Assembly: GCA_948438085.1 (NCBI GenBank)
Contig: CAOJKP010000002.1
Location: 32,021-96,020, forward strand
DNA: 64,000 nucleotides
Direction: 5' to 3'
Source of the DNA: an uncultured Clostridium sp.
GTDB lineage: Bacteria > Bacillota > Clostridia > TANB77 > CAG-508
Shown here: positions 1 through 9,378 of the stretch, piece after piece
Layout of the letters: every line of letters begins with the position of its first letter
How positions within the stretch are numbered: position 1 is the first letter of the stretch
Notes under the pieces: model-generated
Seen by the model: only the letters and a program-made list of their open reading frames with translations
What the model was told of the DNA's origin: nothing
Databases searched by the model: none
Translations under genes and position numbers: made by a program

Positions 1-89
1 TTGCATATAAATTATTCTCCTTTTTCGTATAATAAAATATAATACATTAAATTTACAGTAAAGTCAAGAAATAAAATTGTAAAAAACTA

Positions 90-118
90 TTGACAATACT
101 GTGAAAATGTTATATTAT
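90..118 (+). promoter_or_regulatory. sigma-A-type promoter of the infC-rpmI-rplT operon
   Basis: TTGACA (90-95), 17-nt spacer, TATTAT (113-118). Confidence 0.5.
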
Positions 119-120
119 AT

Positions 121-278
121 TAACATTAAAAAAGAAGAAGTCATCCACTTCTCACCTTATCTTATGGAAAAAGGTTTATAAACAAAGATTTATAATGCTA
201 TTAAATTAGTTTTTTAATAGTAGGGAAAATGTGGATTGGCAAATATGTCAATCTTTTTTTATTATGGAGGTGTTTTAT
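121..278 (+). promoter_or_regulatory. long 5' leader of the infC operon (possible L20-responsive leader)
   Basis: ~160 nt untranslated region with a hairpin (GAAGT/ACTTC) around 134-153. Firmicutes infC operons are known to carry an L20-binding leader. Covariance model not run. Confidence 0.25.
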
Positions 279-794
279 ATAAAACAAGAATTACCAATAA
301 ACGAACAAATTCGTTTAAAACAAGTGCAATTGATAGATGATGAAGGGAAAAAATTAGGAATAATAGATACCCAAAAAGCATTAGAACTTGCTTATGAAAA
401 AAATTTAGATTTAGTTCTAGTGGCTCCAAATGGAAATCCACCAGTATGTAAAATAATGAACTATGGAAAATACAAATTTGAGCAAGCTAAAAAAGAAAAA
501 GAAGCAAGAAAAAAACAAAAAATAACAGAAACAAAGGAACTCAGAATAACACCTAATACAGAAGAACATGATTTTAATTTTAAAGTAAAAAATGCGAAAA
601 AATTCTTAGAAGATGGTTGCAAAGTAAAAGTAACAGTTAGATTTAGAGGAAGAGAATTAAACTATGTAAAACAAGGAGAGGATATACTAAACAAATTCAT
701 AGAAGAATTACAAGAAGTTGCAACAGCAGAGAAAAAACCTGTATTAGAGGGTAAAAATATGTTTATTATATTAGCTAAAAAAGCTGAAAAATAA
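279..794 (+). CDS. infC: translation initiation factor IF-3
   Basis: ORF 231-794 carries IF-3 motifs (INEQIR, VQLIDDEGKKLGI, PPVCKIMNYGKYKFEQ). GGAGG 266-270 lies 8 nt upstream of the in-frame ATA at 279. A non-AUG start is the known hallmark of infC. Confidence 0.9.
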   Translation: MKQELPINEQIRLKQVQLIDDEGKKLGIIDTQKALELAYEKNLDLVLVAPNGNPPVCKIMNYGKYKFEQAKKEKEARKKQKITETKELRITPNTEEHDFNFKVKNAKKFLEDGCKVKVTVRFRGRELNYVKQGEDILNKFIEELQEVATAEKKPVLEGKNMFIILAKKAEK

Positions 795-830
795 TATATA
801 CAATTTAACAAAGAAAGGAGTTTGGATAAT

Positions 831-1034
831 ATGCCAAAATTAAAAACAAACAGAGCTGCAAAGAAAAGATATTCTTATACAGCAACAGGAAAAGTTAAAA
901 GAACAAAATCAAATAGAAGACATCTTCTAGCACACAGAACAACAAAACAAAAAAGACAATTAAGAGCACAAACAGGTTATGCAGATAAAACTTGTGAAGC
1001 AGGAATAAAAAAATTATTACCATATGGTAACTAA
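831..1034 (+). CDS. rpmI: 50S ribosomal protein L35
   Basis: MPKLKTNRAAKKRY... is a typical L35 N-terminus. GGAG 817-820 precedes ATG 831. Operon position is between infC and rplT. Confidence 0.9.
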   Translation: MPKLKTNRAAKKRYSYTATGKVKRTKSNRRHLLAHRTTKQKRQLRAQTGYADKTCEAGIKKLLPYGN

Positions 1035-1066
1035 TACAGTAGAAATAAAGAAAGGAGAAATATAAA

Positions 1067-1417
1067 ATGGCAAGAGTAAAAAGTGCAATTATAACACGTA
1101 AAAAACATAAAAAAATATTAAAACAAGCAAAAGGATACTATGGAGCTAAACATTATAGATTTAGAATGGCAAGACAAGCTGTTATGAAATCTGGAGTTTA
1201 TTCTTATGTAGGAAGAAAAGATAAAAAATCTAATTTCAGAAAATTATGGATAACAAGAATAAATGCAGCAGCAAGAATGAATGGATTAACATACAGCAAA
1301 TTAATTGCTGGATTAAAAAAAGCAAATGTTACAATAAACAGAAAAATGTTAGCAGAAATAGCAGTAACAGATGCAGAAGCATTTAAAAAAATAGCAGAAA
1401 TAGCAAAAAATGCATAA
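1067..1417 (+). CDS. rplT: 50S ribosomal protein L20
   Basis: [28 protein letters not shown]... is a canonical L20. AGGAG lies upstream. Confidence 0.95.
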   Translation: MARVKSAIITRKKHKKILKQAKGYYGAKHYRFRMARQAVMKSGVYSYVGRKDKKSNFRKLWITRINAAARMNGLTYSKLIAGLKKANVTINRKMLAEIAVTDAEAFKKIAEIAKNA

Positions 1418-1424
1418 TATGGGG

Positions 1425-1456
1425 AAAAGAAGACAAATAATGTCTTCTTTTTTATG
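1425..1456 (+). terminator. intrinsic terminator of the infC operon
   Basis: Stem AAAAGAAGACA / TGTCTTCTTTT with 5-nt loop, followed by a T-run. Confidence 0.7.
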
Positions 1457-1559
1457 TGAATTTAATGTAAATTAGATTGCAATACTATGTGCAATATGAT
1501 ACAATAATATACTCATATGGTATTTCCAAAGTAGAAAAATAAAGGAGGCTATCATTATC

Positions 1560-2084
1560 ATGAACGACTTAAGAGATGTTATGACATCTGAGCTACTTGT
1601 AAGAGTAGTAAGCGAAACAGCAGTTGCTGAAAAAAATGAGTGCTTAAACGAGTGGCAACGGCGTATAAGTATGCTTGAGTTAACAGATGAGCAACAGAAA
1701 ATGCTCTATAGCTTAGAAATATCAGTCATAAAAAAAGGCTGTTATATACAGCCAGAAAAATTGCTACTGTCGGAAAGTTTTATAGCAAACGATTTCGCAA
1801 TTGATGTTGAAAAATGCACAATTTCAGAATTAATTTTATTAACGGAAGAAGCTGATTATGAATATATCAGAAACTCTGAGGAGTTAATGATGGAAAGATA
1901 TGCGTGGGAGAACATCAGCAGAAATGCTTTGAATTGTGGAATTTGTGAAGCGGCACTTGAAAGAAGAAAACGGATGCATGAAATAGGCTTCACTTATGAC
2001 CAGGAGCACACATATGTTAAAAATGAAACAATGATAATTAAACGCCTTCGGTGGGATGTTAACACCGAAGAGAAGGCATGGTAG
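1560..2084 (+). CDS. hypothetical protein (compositionally atypical, GC-richer)
   Basis: 174-codon ORF with AGGAGG upstream. Visibly higher GC than its neighbours. Contains three in-frame CGG codons (1659, 1971, 2049) that do not coincide with a frame change. Confidence 0.5.
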   Translation: MNDLRDVMTSELLVRVVSETAVAEKNECLNEWQRRISMLELTDEQQKMLYSLEISVIKKGCYIQPEKLLLSESFIANDFAIDVEKCTISELILLTEEADYEYIRNSEELMMERYAWENISRNALNCGICEAALERRKRMHEIGFTYDQEHTYVKNETMIIKRLRWDVNTEEKAW

Positions 2085-2090
2085 TAAAAG

Positions 2091-2121
2091 AAAGGGGCAG
2101 ATGGTTTTCTGCCTTTTTTTC
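2091..2121 (+). terminator. intrinsic terminator
   Basis: GGCAG ... CTGCC hairpin followed by TTTTTTT. Confidence 0.6.
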
Positions 2122-2361
2122 ATATAATCTCCATTAGATATTAGTTAGCAAAGAAATAAAATTTTTGTTTCTATGTTAATTTTATATTCATAATTTAACA
2201 TAGAATTTATAGTTTTGCAAGTAAAACTAATCACATTACAAATATAATTTTAATCATTTTGTTAGTTGTCGAAAGCATAAAATTATGATAGAATTTATTT
2301 ACGAAACAACTTATTAAAAGATTTACTTTTAGGTATAAAAGTGTAAGGAGGTAATAAATTA

Positions 2362-3369
2362 ATGAAAATCTTAATTATAACAACAGGTGGAACAATCGGA
2401 CAGGAAAAAGACGAAAATCATGTATCGATTAGTACAGAGGTAGATTATTCAATGGACTTTTTTGAAAGTGACTTAATTCCAAAAGATATAGATTTTACTT
2501 TTGAAAATATATACAATTGTGATTCTTCAAATGTAACGCCAAATCATTGGGAAAAAATTGTTAAATGCTTAATGCAAAATCATGATTACTATGATGGATT
2601 TATTATAACACATGGAACAAATACACTAGATTACACATGTGCTGCATTAACATTTATGTTAGAAAAATTTAATAAACCAGTAGTATTAACACGGAGCTCA
2701 GTTGCCACTTGCAGTGTTACGGAAGTGATGCTCAAACAAATTTGGCAAATTCAATTCGTTTACTTTATAATAAACATAAAGAAATAAAAGGCGTTTTTGC
2801 AGTATTTAATTCGCAAATTATTAGTGGAGTAAATCTATTCAAAATTAGTGAAGAATCTTTTAGTGGATTTGGATCTAGGACAAAACCTGCAGGAAGTATA
2901 GGGGTAAATATTATTTTGGATGAAGAAATAATACAAATGAACAATAGGCTTTTTTCTGGAGAGAAGCCATCTTGTATAACAAATCTTCCAGTGAATAGAC
3001 TATTTTGCGTTACAGAAAGTCCAGGACTTAATAAAGAATATTTAAAAGCAATTATAGACACACGGAGTGAAAGGTATAATTTGGCGTTCTTATGGAGTTG
3101 GTGACCCTAACCAAGAATATCTAGAGATTTTTGATATTCTTAAAGAACGAAAAATACCAATTGTTATGACAACACAAATAAAAACTGGTTCAGCTTCTAT
3201 GAATGTTAACGAACCAGGAATATTGGCAAGACAACGTGGAGTAATACCAGCATATAGAATGAGCCTACCTATTATGTGGTGTAAAATGGCATATTTATTT
3301 GAAAAGGGTTATAAATATGAAGATATATTAGAACTTATGAATAAAAATTTAAAGGGAGAATTAGTTTAA
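2362..3369 (+). CDS. ansA: type I L-asparaginase, reading frame interrupted three times at in-frame CGG codons
   Basis: ORFs 2362-2787, 2709-3104 and 3067-3369 together spell a complete asparaginase (TGGTIG, HGTNT, VVLTGAQLPL, SDAQTNL, GVKGII..YGVG). The joins are at CGG 2692, 2720 and 3063, each continuing in the +1 frame with GGA. Standard annotation would call this a pseudogene. Confidence 0.7.
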
Positions 3370-3374
3370 TATTT

Positions 3375-3855
3375 ATGCAAACCAAGACAAATAGTGATTT
3401 AATGGAAAAAATAATAAATGCAATTCTAAATCAAAATGCAACTTTATTTGGAAGTAATCCTAAAGTAGAGAAAGTCAATGTGGGATTTACTAATACTATA
3501 TACAGTATAGAGGATTCTTTTATTGTTAAAATTTGCACTAATAGTGATAATGAAAACGCATTTCAAAAGGAAATTGAATTTTATAAAACAAACAAATAAT
3601 TTAATTCCAAAATTGTATTATTCAAGTACTGATAGGAAGGATATTCCACATTTTTATGAAATTATAGAAAAAATAGATGGCGTTTCTTTATACAATGTAT
3701 GGCATACTTTTAATGAAACACAAAGAGAAGAAATTATAAAGCAACTATGTATTGCTATGAAATGCATTCATAGTAATATTGGTGAAAGTTATGATTGGAC
3801 AAAAAGAATAAAGAATCAATTTTTATCATTATATGAAAAAGCAAAAGAAAAGTGA
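3375..3855 (+). pseudogene. aminoglycoside/choline-kinase-type phosphotransferase fragment
   Basis: N-lobe-like sequence only (VGFTNTIYSIEDSFIVKI...), split between two frames (3375-3599, 3523-3855). It lacks the catalytic HGD..N region. There is no CGG at the break. Confidence 0.5.
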
Positions 3856-3924
3856 TCTTTTATTTGCTACTAGAAAAGTAGCATTAAAAGATGAATAAAT
3901 TAATAATTTGTGAAAGAGATAATT

Positions 3925-4551
3925 ATGTTTCCAGAAATTATAAATGAATATGTAAAAAATCTTACATGTAGTATTGATACAATAGGACGTAGTGAAGATG
4001 AAGTATATAATTTTGAAGATAAATACATCTTAAAAGTTTCTCAAGATAATAAAAGATTATTGAGAGAAAAGGAAAGATTAGATTATTTTACTGTTAATAA
4101 TATACCAGGAAGTAAAAGTATTTGCTATATAGAAGAAAATAATAAATGTTATTATTTAAGAACCTGTATTAATGGAGATAGTTTAATTAATGAAAGATTC
4201 ATAAATAATCCTAACTTATTAGTAAATGTTTTAGTGAAAGTAATAAAAGTATTAAGAAGTTTAGATAATTCAAAATGCGCATTCAAATCAATGGACAATA
4301 TAGGAAATGATTTTATTCATGGAGATTTATGTTTGCCTAATATATTTGTAAATAAAAACAATGAATTTATCGGCTTTATTGATGTAGAAAATTCAGGACT
4401 TGGCGATAAGTGGTATGATTATTCATGGCTATTATGGAGTTTAGAATATAACTTAAAATCTAATAAATATAATGATAGCTTATTAAGGAAACTAAACTTA
4501 TCATTTAATAAGGAAAAATATAATATGTATATTCCAGAAAAGTATCGTTAA
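3925..4551 (+). CDS. aminoglycoside phosphotransferase (APH)-family kinase
   Basis: FIHGDLCLPNIFV...FIDVENSGLGDKWYDYSW matches the APH catalytic loop and DxG region. ATG 3925 is preferred over GTG 3910. Confidence 0.6.
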   Translation: MFPEIINEYVKNLTCSIDTIGRSEDEVYNFEDKYILKVSQDNKRLLREKERLDYFTVNNIPGSKSICYIEENNKCYYLRTCINGDSLINERFINNPNLLVNVLVKVIKVLRSLDNSKCAFKSMDNIGNDFIHGDLCLPNIFVNKNNEFIGFIDVENSGLGDKWYDYSWLLWSLEYNLKSNKYNDSLLRKLNLSFNKEKYNMYIPEKYR

Positions 4552-4574
4552 GCTTTTTATAATTCATATATTAT

Positions 4575-5516
4575 TTAACATTTTTCATTATCATTGTTAT
4601 CTAAACTACTTTGTTGTTGTAATTCCAATTCTTGACTTTCCATTTCCTTCTCCGTTTCATCAGTCAATGGTGTATCTGACATTTCTTCTAACACTTGCTT
4701 TCCTAAAATAGGAGTACCAACTTGTTGATTAGGAGGCAAAAATGTAGGTATCTCTACAACATCAGGTATTTCAATTTCTTGTTCGCCTACTAATTCTCTC
4801 ATTTCTGCTAAATTTTGTGGTATAACTCCAAATTCATTTTCTATTACTTCTCTTGCAATTTGAATTAAATCAACTACAGAAGATTCTTTTCCCATTAATG
4901 ATCCTAACATATATTCTCTATAAGCATTACTAAATTGTGAATTGGTATGTAAATATTCTGCTAATCCCTTTGCCTGTCCCGACATTATGCCCAATTCCAT
5001 TTCTAACATTGTGTTAAATGATGTCATATTTGCATTAAAACATTCTTTTTCTTCAAAATCTTGATTAACTTCAAAAAAGTCTGTATCTATAATTTTTATC
5101 CTACCACTTTTTTCATTCCACATTATTCCTCCTTGATTTAAATCTTGAAAGAATACTTTATCTTGTGCCAAACTTCTTATATCTTGTTCTGCTTTTTTTA
5201 TTGCACTTATTAATGTATCTAAATCAATTTCACCCACTTTTTCTTGTAATTGTTGTCCATCAACAAATTCCATTGTATATCCTTGAAATTTTCCATTAAT
5301 TTCAACTCTATTTTGTGGAAATGCACAAATATCATTATTAATTTTTAGTAATTGCCCAAATTGTTCTTCGTTATGAAGTTGCATACCACTTTCATTTAAT
5401 ACTTTAACAACTTGATTATCTCCATATTTATATACGACTGAACAAGCGCCTCTTCCTAATACTTGCATTTTATTTAGCATTTCTGAATTTATTTTGATTA
5501 TTTCATTTTTAGCCAT
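4575..5516 (-). CDS. protein-kinase-like fold protein
   Basis: GRGACSVVYK (glycine loop), VVKVL (beta-3 Lys), FFQDLNQGGIMW and IIDTDFF (catalytic/DFG-like). Acidic Q/E-rich C-terminus. The ATG at 5516 has AAGGGA upstream. Confidence 0.45.
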   Translation of the reverse strand: MAKNEIIKINSEMLNKMQVLGRGACSVVYKYGDNQVVKVLNESGMQLHNEEQFGQLLKINNDICAFPQNRVEINGKFQGYTMEFVDGQQLQEKVGEIDLDTLISAIKKAEQDIRSLAQDKVFFQDLNQGGIMWNEKSGRIKIIDTDFFEVNQDFEEKECFNANMTSFNTMLEMELGIMSGQAKGLAEYLHTNSQFSNAYREYMLGSLMGKESSVVDLIQIAREVIENEFGVIPQNLAEMRELVGEQEIEIPDVVEIPTFLPPNQQVGTPILGKQVLEEMSDTPLTDETEKEMESQELELQQQSSLDNNDNEKC

Positions 5517-5564
5517 AAACAATCCCTTCATTCGTTTTTTCTTTTCTTAATAGTATAAGAAATA

Positions 5565-6014
5565 TTATTTTATTTTTAAAAATTTTTTAATTTTATTAAA
5601 AACTCTTGTAATAAAATTTGCTTTATAAACTACCATTTCAGTAACTTCTTCTTTTGCTTCTGTTTCACTACAAATATTTCGTTTTTTAAATATATTTTCA
5701 ATATCATATAATGACTTTTTTTGTTCTTTTAAAATTAATCTATCATTTTTTTGTTTTCTGATAATTTTCTCTCTTTGTACTTCTGTTGCCCAATAATCTC
5801 TAAATAATATTCCTATTATTGCTTTTGCTCTTTTAGAAACATTTTGTTCATCTAATGTCTTTTCAGAATCATATGTAAATTCATATTCTTTATTCGAATT
5901 TAGCTTAAATAATTCTATCTTATTTGCAGGAATCTTCTTATAATCTTCTTTAGAAATAAACTTTAATATCTCTAAAACTTCACTATAAGCATTTGCATAT
6001 TCTACACTAACCAT
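5565..6014 (-). CDS. hypothetical protein
   Basis: 149-codon ORF in an operon with the flanking minus-strand genes. Confidence 0.5.
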   Translation of the reverse strand: MVSVEYANAYSEVLEILKFISKEDYKKIPANKIELFKLNSNKEYEFTYDSEKTLDEQNVSKRAKAIIGILFRDYWATEVQREKIIRKQKNDRLILKEQKKSLYDIENIFKKRNICSETEAKEEVTEMVVYKANFITRVFNKIKKFLKIK

Positions 6015-6033
6015 TTTATCCTCTTTTCATTTT

Positions 6034-6960
6034 TTATTTTAAAATAAAAAATAATAATATACTAATTGCTAATTGTGCTAGAACAATTTTATTTGTTATT
6101 TTATATATTTTTTCAATTGTTATTCTTCTTTTCTCTGCATCCCAGTACTTTCCAAAATGTACTTCTGAATGTTCTACATAGTCATCAACATCATCTGTAT
6201 AGTTTCCTCTATTTGCTGAATAATTGTATCCTGCATATTTCGTTTCTGGTAACAAAGGTCTATATACTGATAAGATATACCAATATGAAAAGACATTTCC
6301 TAATAGGATTGCAACAAACCATTGACCAAATACTAGAATATATTTATTATTTAAATACTCTGCAAATATAGGAGATATTTTATCTGTATTGATCTTCAAA
6401 ATAACATATAAAATGTATGATAAAATAATTCCTATGGATATTGTAAAACATTGTGTTCTTATTTTTCTATGTTTCATGGTTTTATTATATCTATCTTGAT
6501 TATCTTCTAATATGTTCATTACTTCTGAATATAAGTTATGTGCTTCGTTTTCTTGATTTGTAGTGTCTACATCTATAGTAACATCAAATTCTCTAAAGTA
6601 TAGTGATACATTAATTTTATTATATACATCATTAATAGTATTATTAGGGCTTTTAGTATAAAAGCTAACATACAAGTCAATAGATATACTTTTTATTGTA
6701 CTTGGCTGATTTAGATTTCCAACAAACCAGTTATAATCACTTTCTGTTATATTTTTCCCATTTTTAAATTCTATTGTATATTTTATCGTTGTACTTCCGT
6801 TTTCATATTCCCATTGTTTTTCTCCATAAGGAATATTCTTATTTTTATTTTCTTCTAATTCAAATTTTCTATCATATTTTTCTTTATAATCTTCTAATTG
6901 GTTAGCAACTTTCACTATTGTTTCTAATGGTATTTGTTTATTTACGACTTTATTATTCAT
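6034..6960 (-). CDS. membrane protein with ~170-aa soluble N-terminal domain and 3 predicted TM helices
   Basis: 308-codon ORF with hydrophobic segments FTISIGIILSYILYVIL, ILVFGQWFVAILLGNVFSYWYIL and IVLAQLAISILLFFIL. Confidence 0.55.
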   Translation of the reverse strand: MNNKVVNKQIPLETIVKVANQLEDYKEKYDRKFELEENKNKNIPYGEKQWEYENGSTTIKYTIEFKNGKNITESDYNWFVGNLNQPSTIKSISIDLYVSFYTKSPNNTINDVYNKINVSLYFREFDVTIDVDTTNQENEAHNLYSEVMNILEDNQDRYNKTMKHRKIRTQCFTISIGIILSYILYVILKINTDKISPIFAEYLNNKYILVFGQWFVAILLGNVFSYWYILSVYRPLLPETKYAGYNYSANRGNYTDDVDDYVEHSEVHFGKYWDAEKRRITIEKIYKITNKIVLAQLAISILLFFILK

Positions 6961-7117
6961 CTAAAATTTTCCCATTTTTCATCAGTTTATTATTCTATAT
7001 TTTTTATACCATTACTGCACATAAAAGTCAATGCTTATGCGTTATATTTAACGCATATTTAATATTTTTATTTGCTATACTGATTTTGTAAACTTTAATG
7101 AGAATAGGAGGAATACT

Positions 7118-7357
7118 ATGACTTTGCTAGAAGCAACAAGAAAGAGAATAGATGATTTATGCAATGCACATAATATGAATATTAATCAATTAGCAATAGC
7201 TTCTGGTATTAATCCATCAACAATAAGAAGTATTTTCAAAGTTATAAAGAAAGCTCCATCTTCTGATACTATTCACTATATTTGTATTGGATTTGGAATA
7301 TCTATAAAAGATTTTTATGATAGTAAATTATTTGATGATTTAGATGATAACGACTAA
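7118..7357 (+). CDS. XRE-family HTH transcriptional regulator
   Basis: NINQLAIASGINPSTIRSIF is a helix-turn-helix. Divergent from the 4575-6960 operon. Confidence 0.65.
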   Translation: MTLLEATRKRIDDLCNAHNMNINQLAIASGINPSTIRSIFKVIKKAPSSDTIHYICIGFGISIKDFYDSKLFDDLDDND

Positions 7358-7399
7358 AAATAATAAAATTTATGCAAATAATGAATTTTTAAAAATAAT

Positions 7400-7428
7400 T
7401 TGACATATAATAAAATTGATGTTATAAT
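7400..7428 (+). promoter_or_regulatory. strong promoter of a small RNA
   Basis: TTGACA (7400-7405), 17 nt, TGT-TATAAT (7423-7428). Confidence 0.6.
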
Positions 7429-7434
7429 AACATT

Positions 7435-7499
7435 AGCTAGCAAATCGAATGAACTCACAAAGGTTTGCACGAGATATGTGTCCGCATATCTCTTTTTTT
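7435..7499 (+). ncRNA. ~65-nt antisense sRNA (candidate type I antitoxin)
   Basis: Runs from the promoter at 7400-7428 to the terminator GAGATATG-tgtccg-CATATCTC + T7 (7471-7499). Nt 7442-7458 are complementary (17 nt, one G-U) to the start-codon region of the convergent 29-codon ORF. Confidence 0.55.
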
Positions 7500-7519
7500 A
7501 TTGTTCAAAATAAAGAAAA

Positions 7520-7537
7520 GGCAGGTGTCCGCCTGCC
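7520..7537 (-). terminator. terminator of the toxin mRNA
   Basis: GGCAGG-cggaca-CCTGCC followed by TTTTCTTTATTTT on the minus strand. Confidence 0.6.
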
Positions 7538-7544
7538 CCAAAGA

Positions 7545-7634
7545 TTAATCTTTGTTTGTGTCTTGGCTTTCATCATCATTATTACTTAAAAGTAACAAAA
7601 CGATTAATCGCCAGATTAAATCAAATGAACTCAC
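7545..7634 (-). CDS. Fst-like type I toxin candidate (29 aa)
   Basis: GTG start 10 nt after GGAGG. Product is MSSFDLIWRLIVLLLLSNNDDESQDTNKD, a hydrophobic helix plus acidic tail. Has its own promoter (TTGTTT-17-TATAAT, 7685-7713) and terminator. Confidence 0.5.
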   Translation of the reverse strand: MSSFDLIWRLIVLLLLSNNDDESQDTNKD

Positions 7635-7742
7635 TCTAGTTGCACCTCCTTCCTCAAAGATTTCCTTTGGAAAAGGATGGATTTATTATACTTTAATTTT
7701 ATTTTAAAAACAATGCTTTTTCTACAATTTCAACAATTATTT

Positions 7743-8648
7743 TTAATCTGCTTTATTTTTATTTCTGCTTTTATATACATTAGCTTGGTTTCTACATTGA
7801 CTACTATCATATTCAGCTTTAGGATTTTTAGCATAAAAGACTTTACCACAATGCTTACATATTCTTAAAGGATTTTTTTCACTACAAAGCATAAACCCAA
7901 AAGCCATATCTATTGCTTGTTTTAAAGAATTAGGTTGCCAAGATATTTCTGGTGCATTTCCATACATATTAATTTTGTATGGCATTCCAGAAAAATAGTA
8001 ATCACTTATAGTTTCTCTTGCTTTATATTCATCATAATTATTTACACTACTATTTGATAAATCTACATATTTTTTAAATATTTTATACATTTTTTTTGCA
8101 TATTCAATTATCCAATCTATTTTTTCACAGTAAAAACTAGAATAGATTAATTGATTGTTAAATGATGTTCTGTTTAACATTCTTTGTAAGTCTGAATTTG
8201 TTTCTATAACTGCTTTCCTATTTGTTATTGTATAACTCATTTCATCGTTAGTTGCAAACGGAAAGAATAATTCAAAGTAATCTTTTGTTCTCATTGTACA
8301 ATTTTTATTAATAAAATTATTTTCTTTTAATGTTATTTCATCATTTAGCATAAAATCAGGGCTAATTGGTGCTTCAACCATAAATCCCAACAAGCCATAT
8401 TGCTCTACAAAAAAATATGCACAAGTAAATTTAGTTTGATCATCATCTGCATCCATACAAATTCTTCCTATATTAAGTAAATCAACCAATATTGAATCCA
8501 TTTTACTGAACATATCATATAAATCTCTAATATTTATACTAGCTTCTGGATTTGGTATCATATAATATTCTTTTCCTTTATATCTTCCTTGATAGCCACC
8601 ATATCTCATATATGAATATGCACTGTTACTTTTAAAATTAAATTCCAT
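7743..8648 (-). CDS. hypothetical protein with C-terminal zinc-ribbon
   Basis: 301-codon ORF. C-terminal CKHCGKVF...SSQCRNQ cysteine pairs. Confidence 0.5.
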   Translation of the reverse strand: MEFNFKSNSAYSYMRYGGYQGRYKGKEYYMIPNPEASINIRDLYDMFSKMDSILVDLLNIGRICMDADDDQTKFTCAYFFVEQYGLLGFMVEAPISPDFMLNDEITLKENNFINKNCTMRTKDYFELFFPFATNDEMSYTITNRKAVIETNSDLQRMLNRTSFNNQLIYSSFYCEKIDWIIEYAKKMYKIFKKYVDLSNSSVNNYDEYKARETISDYYFSGMPYKINMYGNAPEISWQPNSLKQAIDMAFGFMLCSEKNPLRICKHCGKVFYAKNPKAEYDSSQCRNQANVYKSRNKNKAD

Positions 8649-8843
8649 TACTTTATTCTCCTTAAATTTTTTTAAAAATTTTATTGTAATATATTGACAT
8701 ATTACAATTATTACTTTATAATGATATAAAATATTAATAGTTGAAATATAATAACATATTACAACAATTAATATAAAATGTCAAGTGCTATCCTTGTATA
8801 AAAAATATGTAGACAGAAATTTTACCAAATTGTTTGAAAGGTT

Positions 8844-9317
8844 GTGATTACTATAGATAACAAGAACTATATACTAGACAAGTATTATAATGAACATGAT
8901 AAACCAATTGATATTGCAAAAGAATTAAATGTTCACCCATCTTATATCACAAAAATAATTAAAAACGATACAAGATATATTCAAGAAAAAGAATATAGGG
9001 CTGAAATAAGTAGAGAAAATCGTAAAATTGCAAAAAGAGAGTGGATTAGAAACAAAAGACATAGTGAAACTGATAAACAATTATATGAATTTGTTAAACA
9101 ACAACATATTGAAGCAAGTAAAGAATTATCTTATTCTTATGAAATGAGTGATTTAGCATTTAGAAAATGGAATTCAAGTGCTTATCATAGAAATAGTAAA
9201 GGTAATTTTGTTATAGATAGAAAGCTAAAAGTTGGATCAGATATTCCTAAATCAATAAATATGAATATTAAAATTCCAACACAGAAATATAAGAAAAAAT
9301 ATTGTTATAGTATTTAA
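8844..9317 (+). CDS. hypothetical DNA-binding protein (HTH near N-terminus)
   Basis: DIAKELNVHPSYITKIIK is HTH-like. A TTGACA-17-TATAAT promoter lies at ~8693-8722. Confidence 0.4.
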   Translation: MITIDNKNYILDKYYNEHDKPIDIAKELNVHPSYITKIIKNDTRYIQEKEYRAEISRENRKIAKREWIRNKRHSETDKQLYEFVKQQHIEASKELSYSYEMSDLAFRKWNSSAYHRNSKGNFVIDRKLKVGSDIPKSINMNIKIPTQKYKKKYCYSI

Positions 9318-9378
9318 TTGGTTCTATTGATGAATAGGACTTTTTTATTTTAAATTTTAGCAAAGGAGGTACAGAACT

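Noticed and set aside
264-266. ATG 264 (and GTG 231) as the infC start
   Set aside because: There is no SD upstream. The only SD overlaps this ATG and serves ATA 279. The extension MDWQICQSFFIMEVFY has no IF-3 counterpart.
2096-2106. GGCAGATGGT as the outermost (oldest) att copy, which would make everything from 2.1 kb onward inserted DNA
   Set aside because: Only ~9-10 nt match the tRNA-derived core, and they form the stem of an ordinary terminator hairpin. This is too weak to call.
3375-3855. APH-like fragment as another recoding site
   Set aside because: The frame change (somewhere in 3523-3599) has no CGG, and the gene lacks its entire catalytic half. It is a genuine relic.
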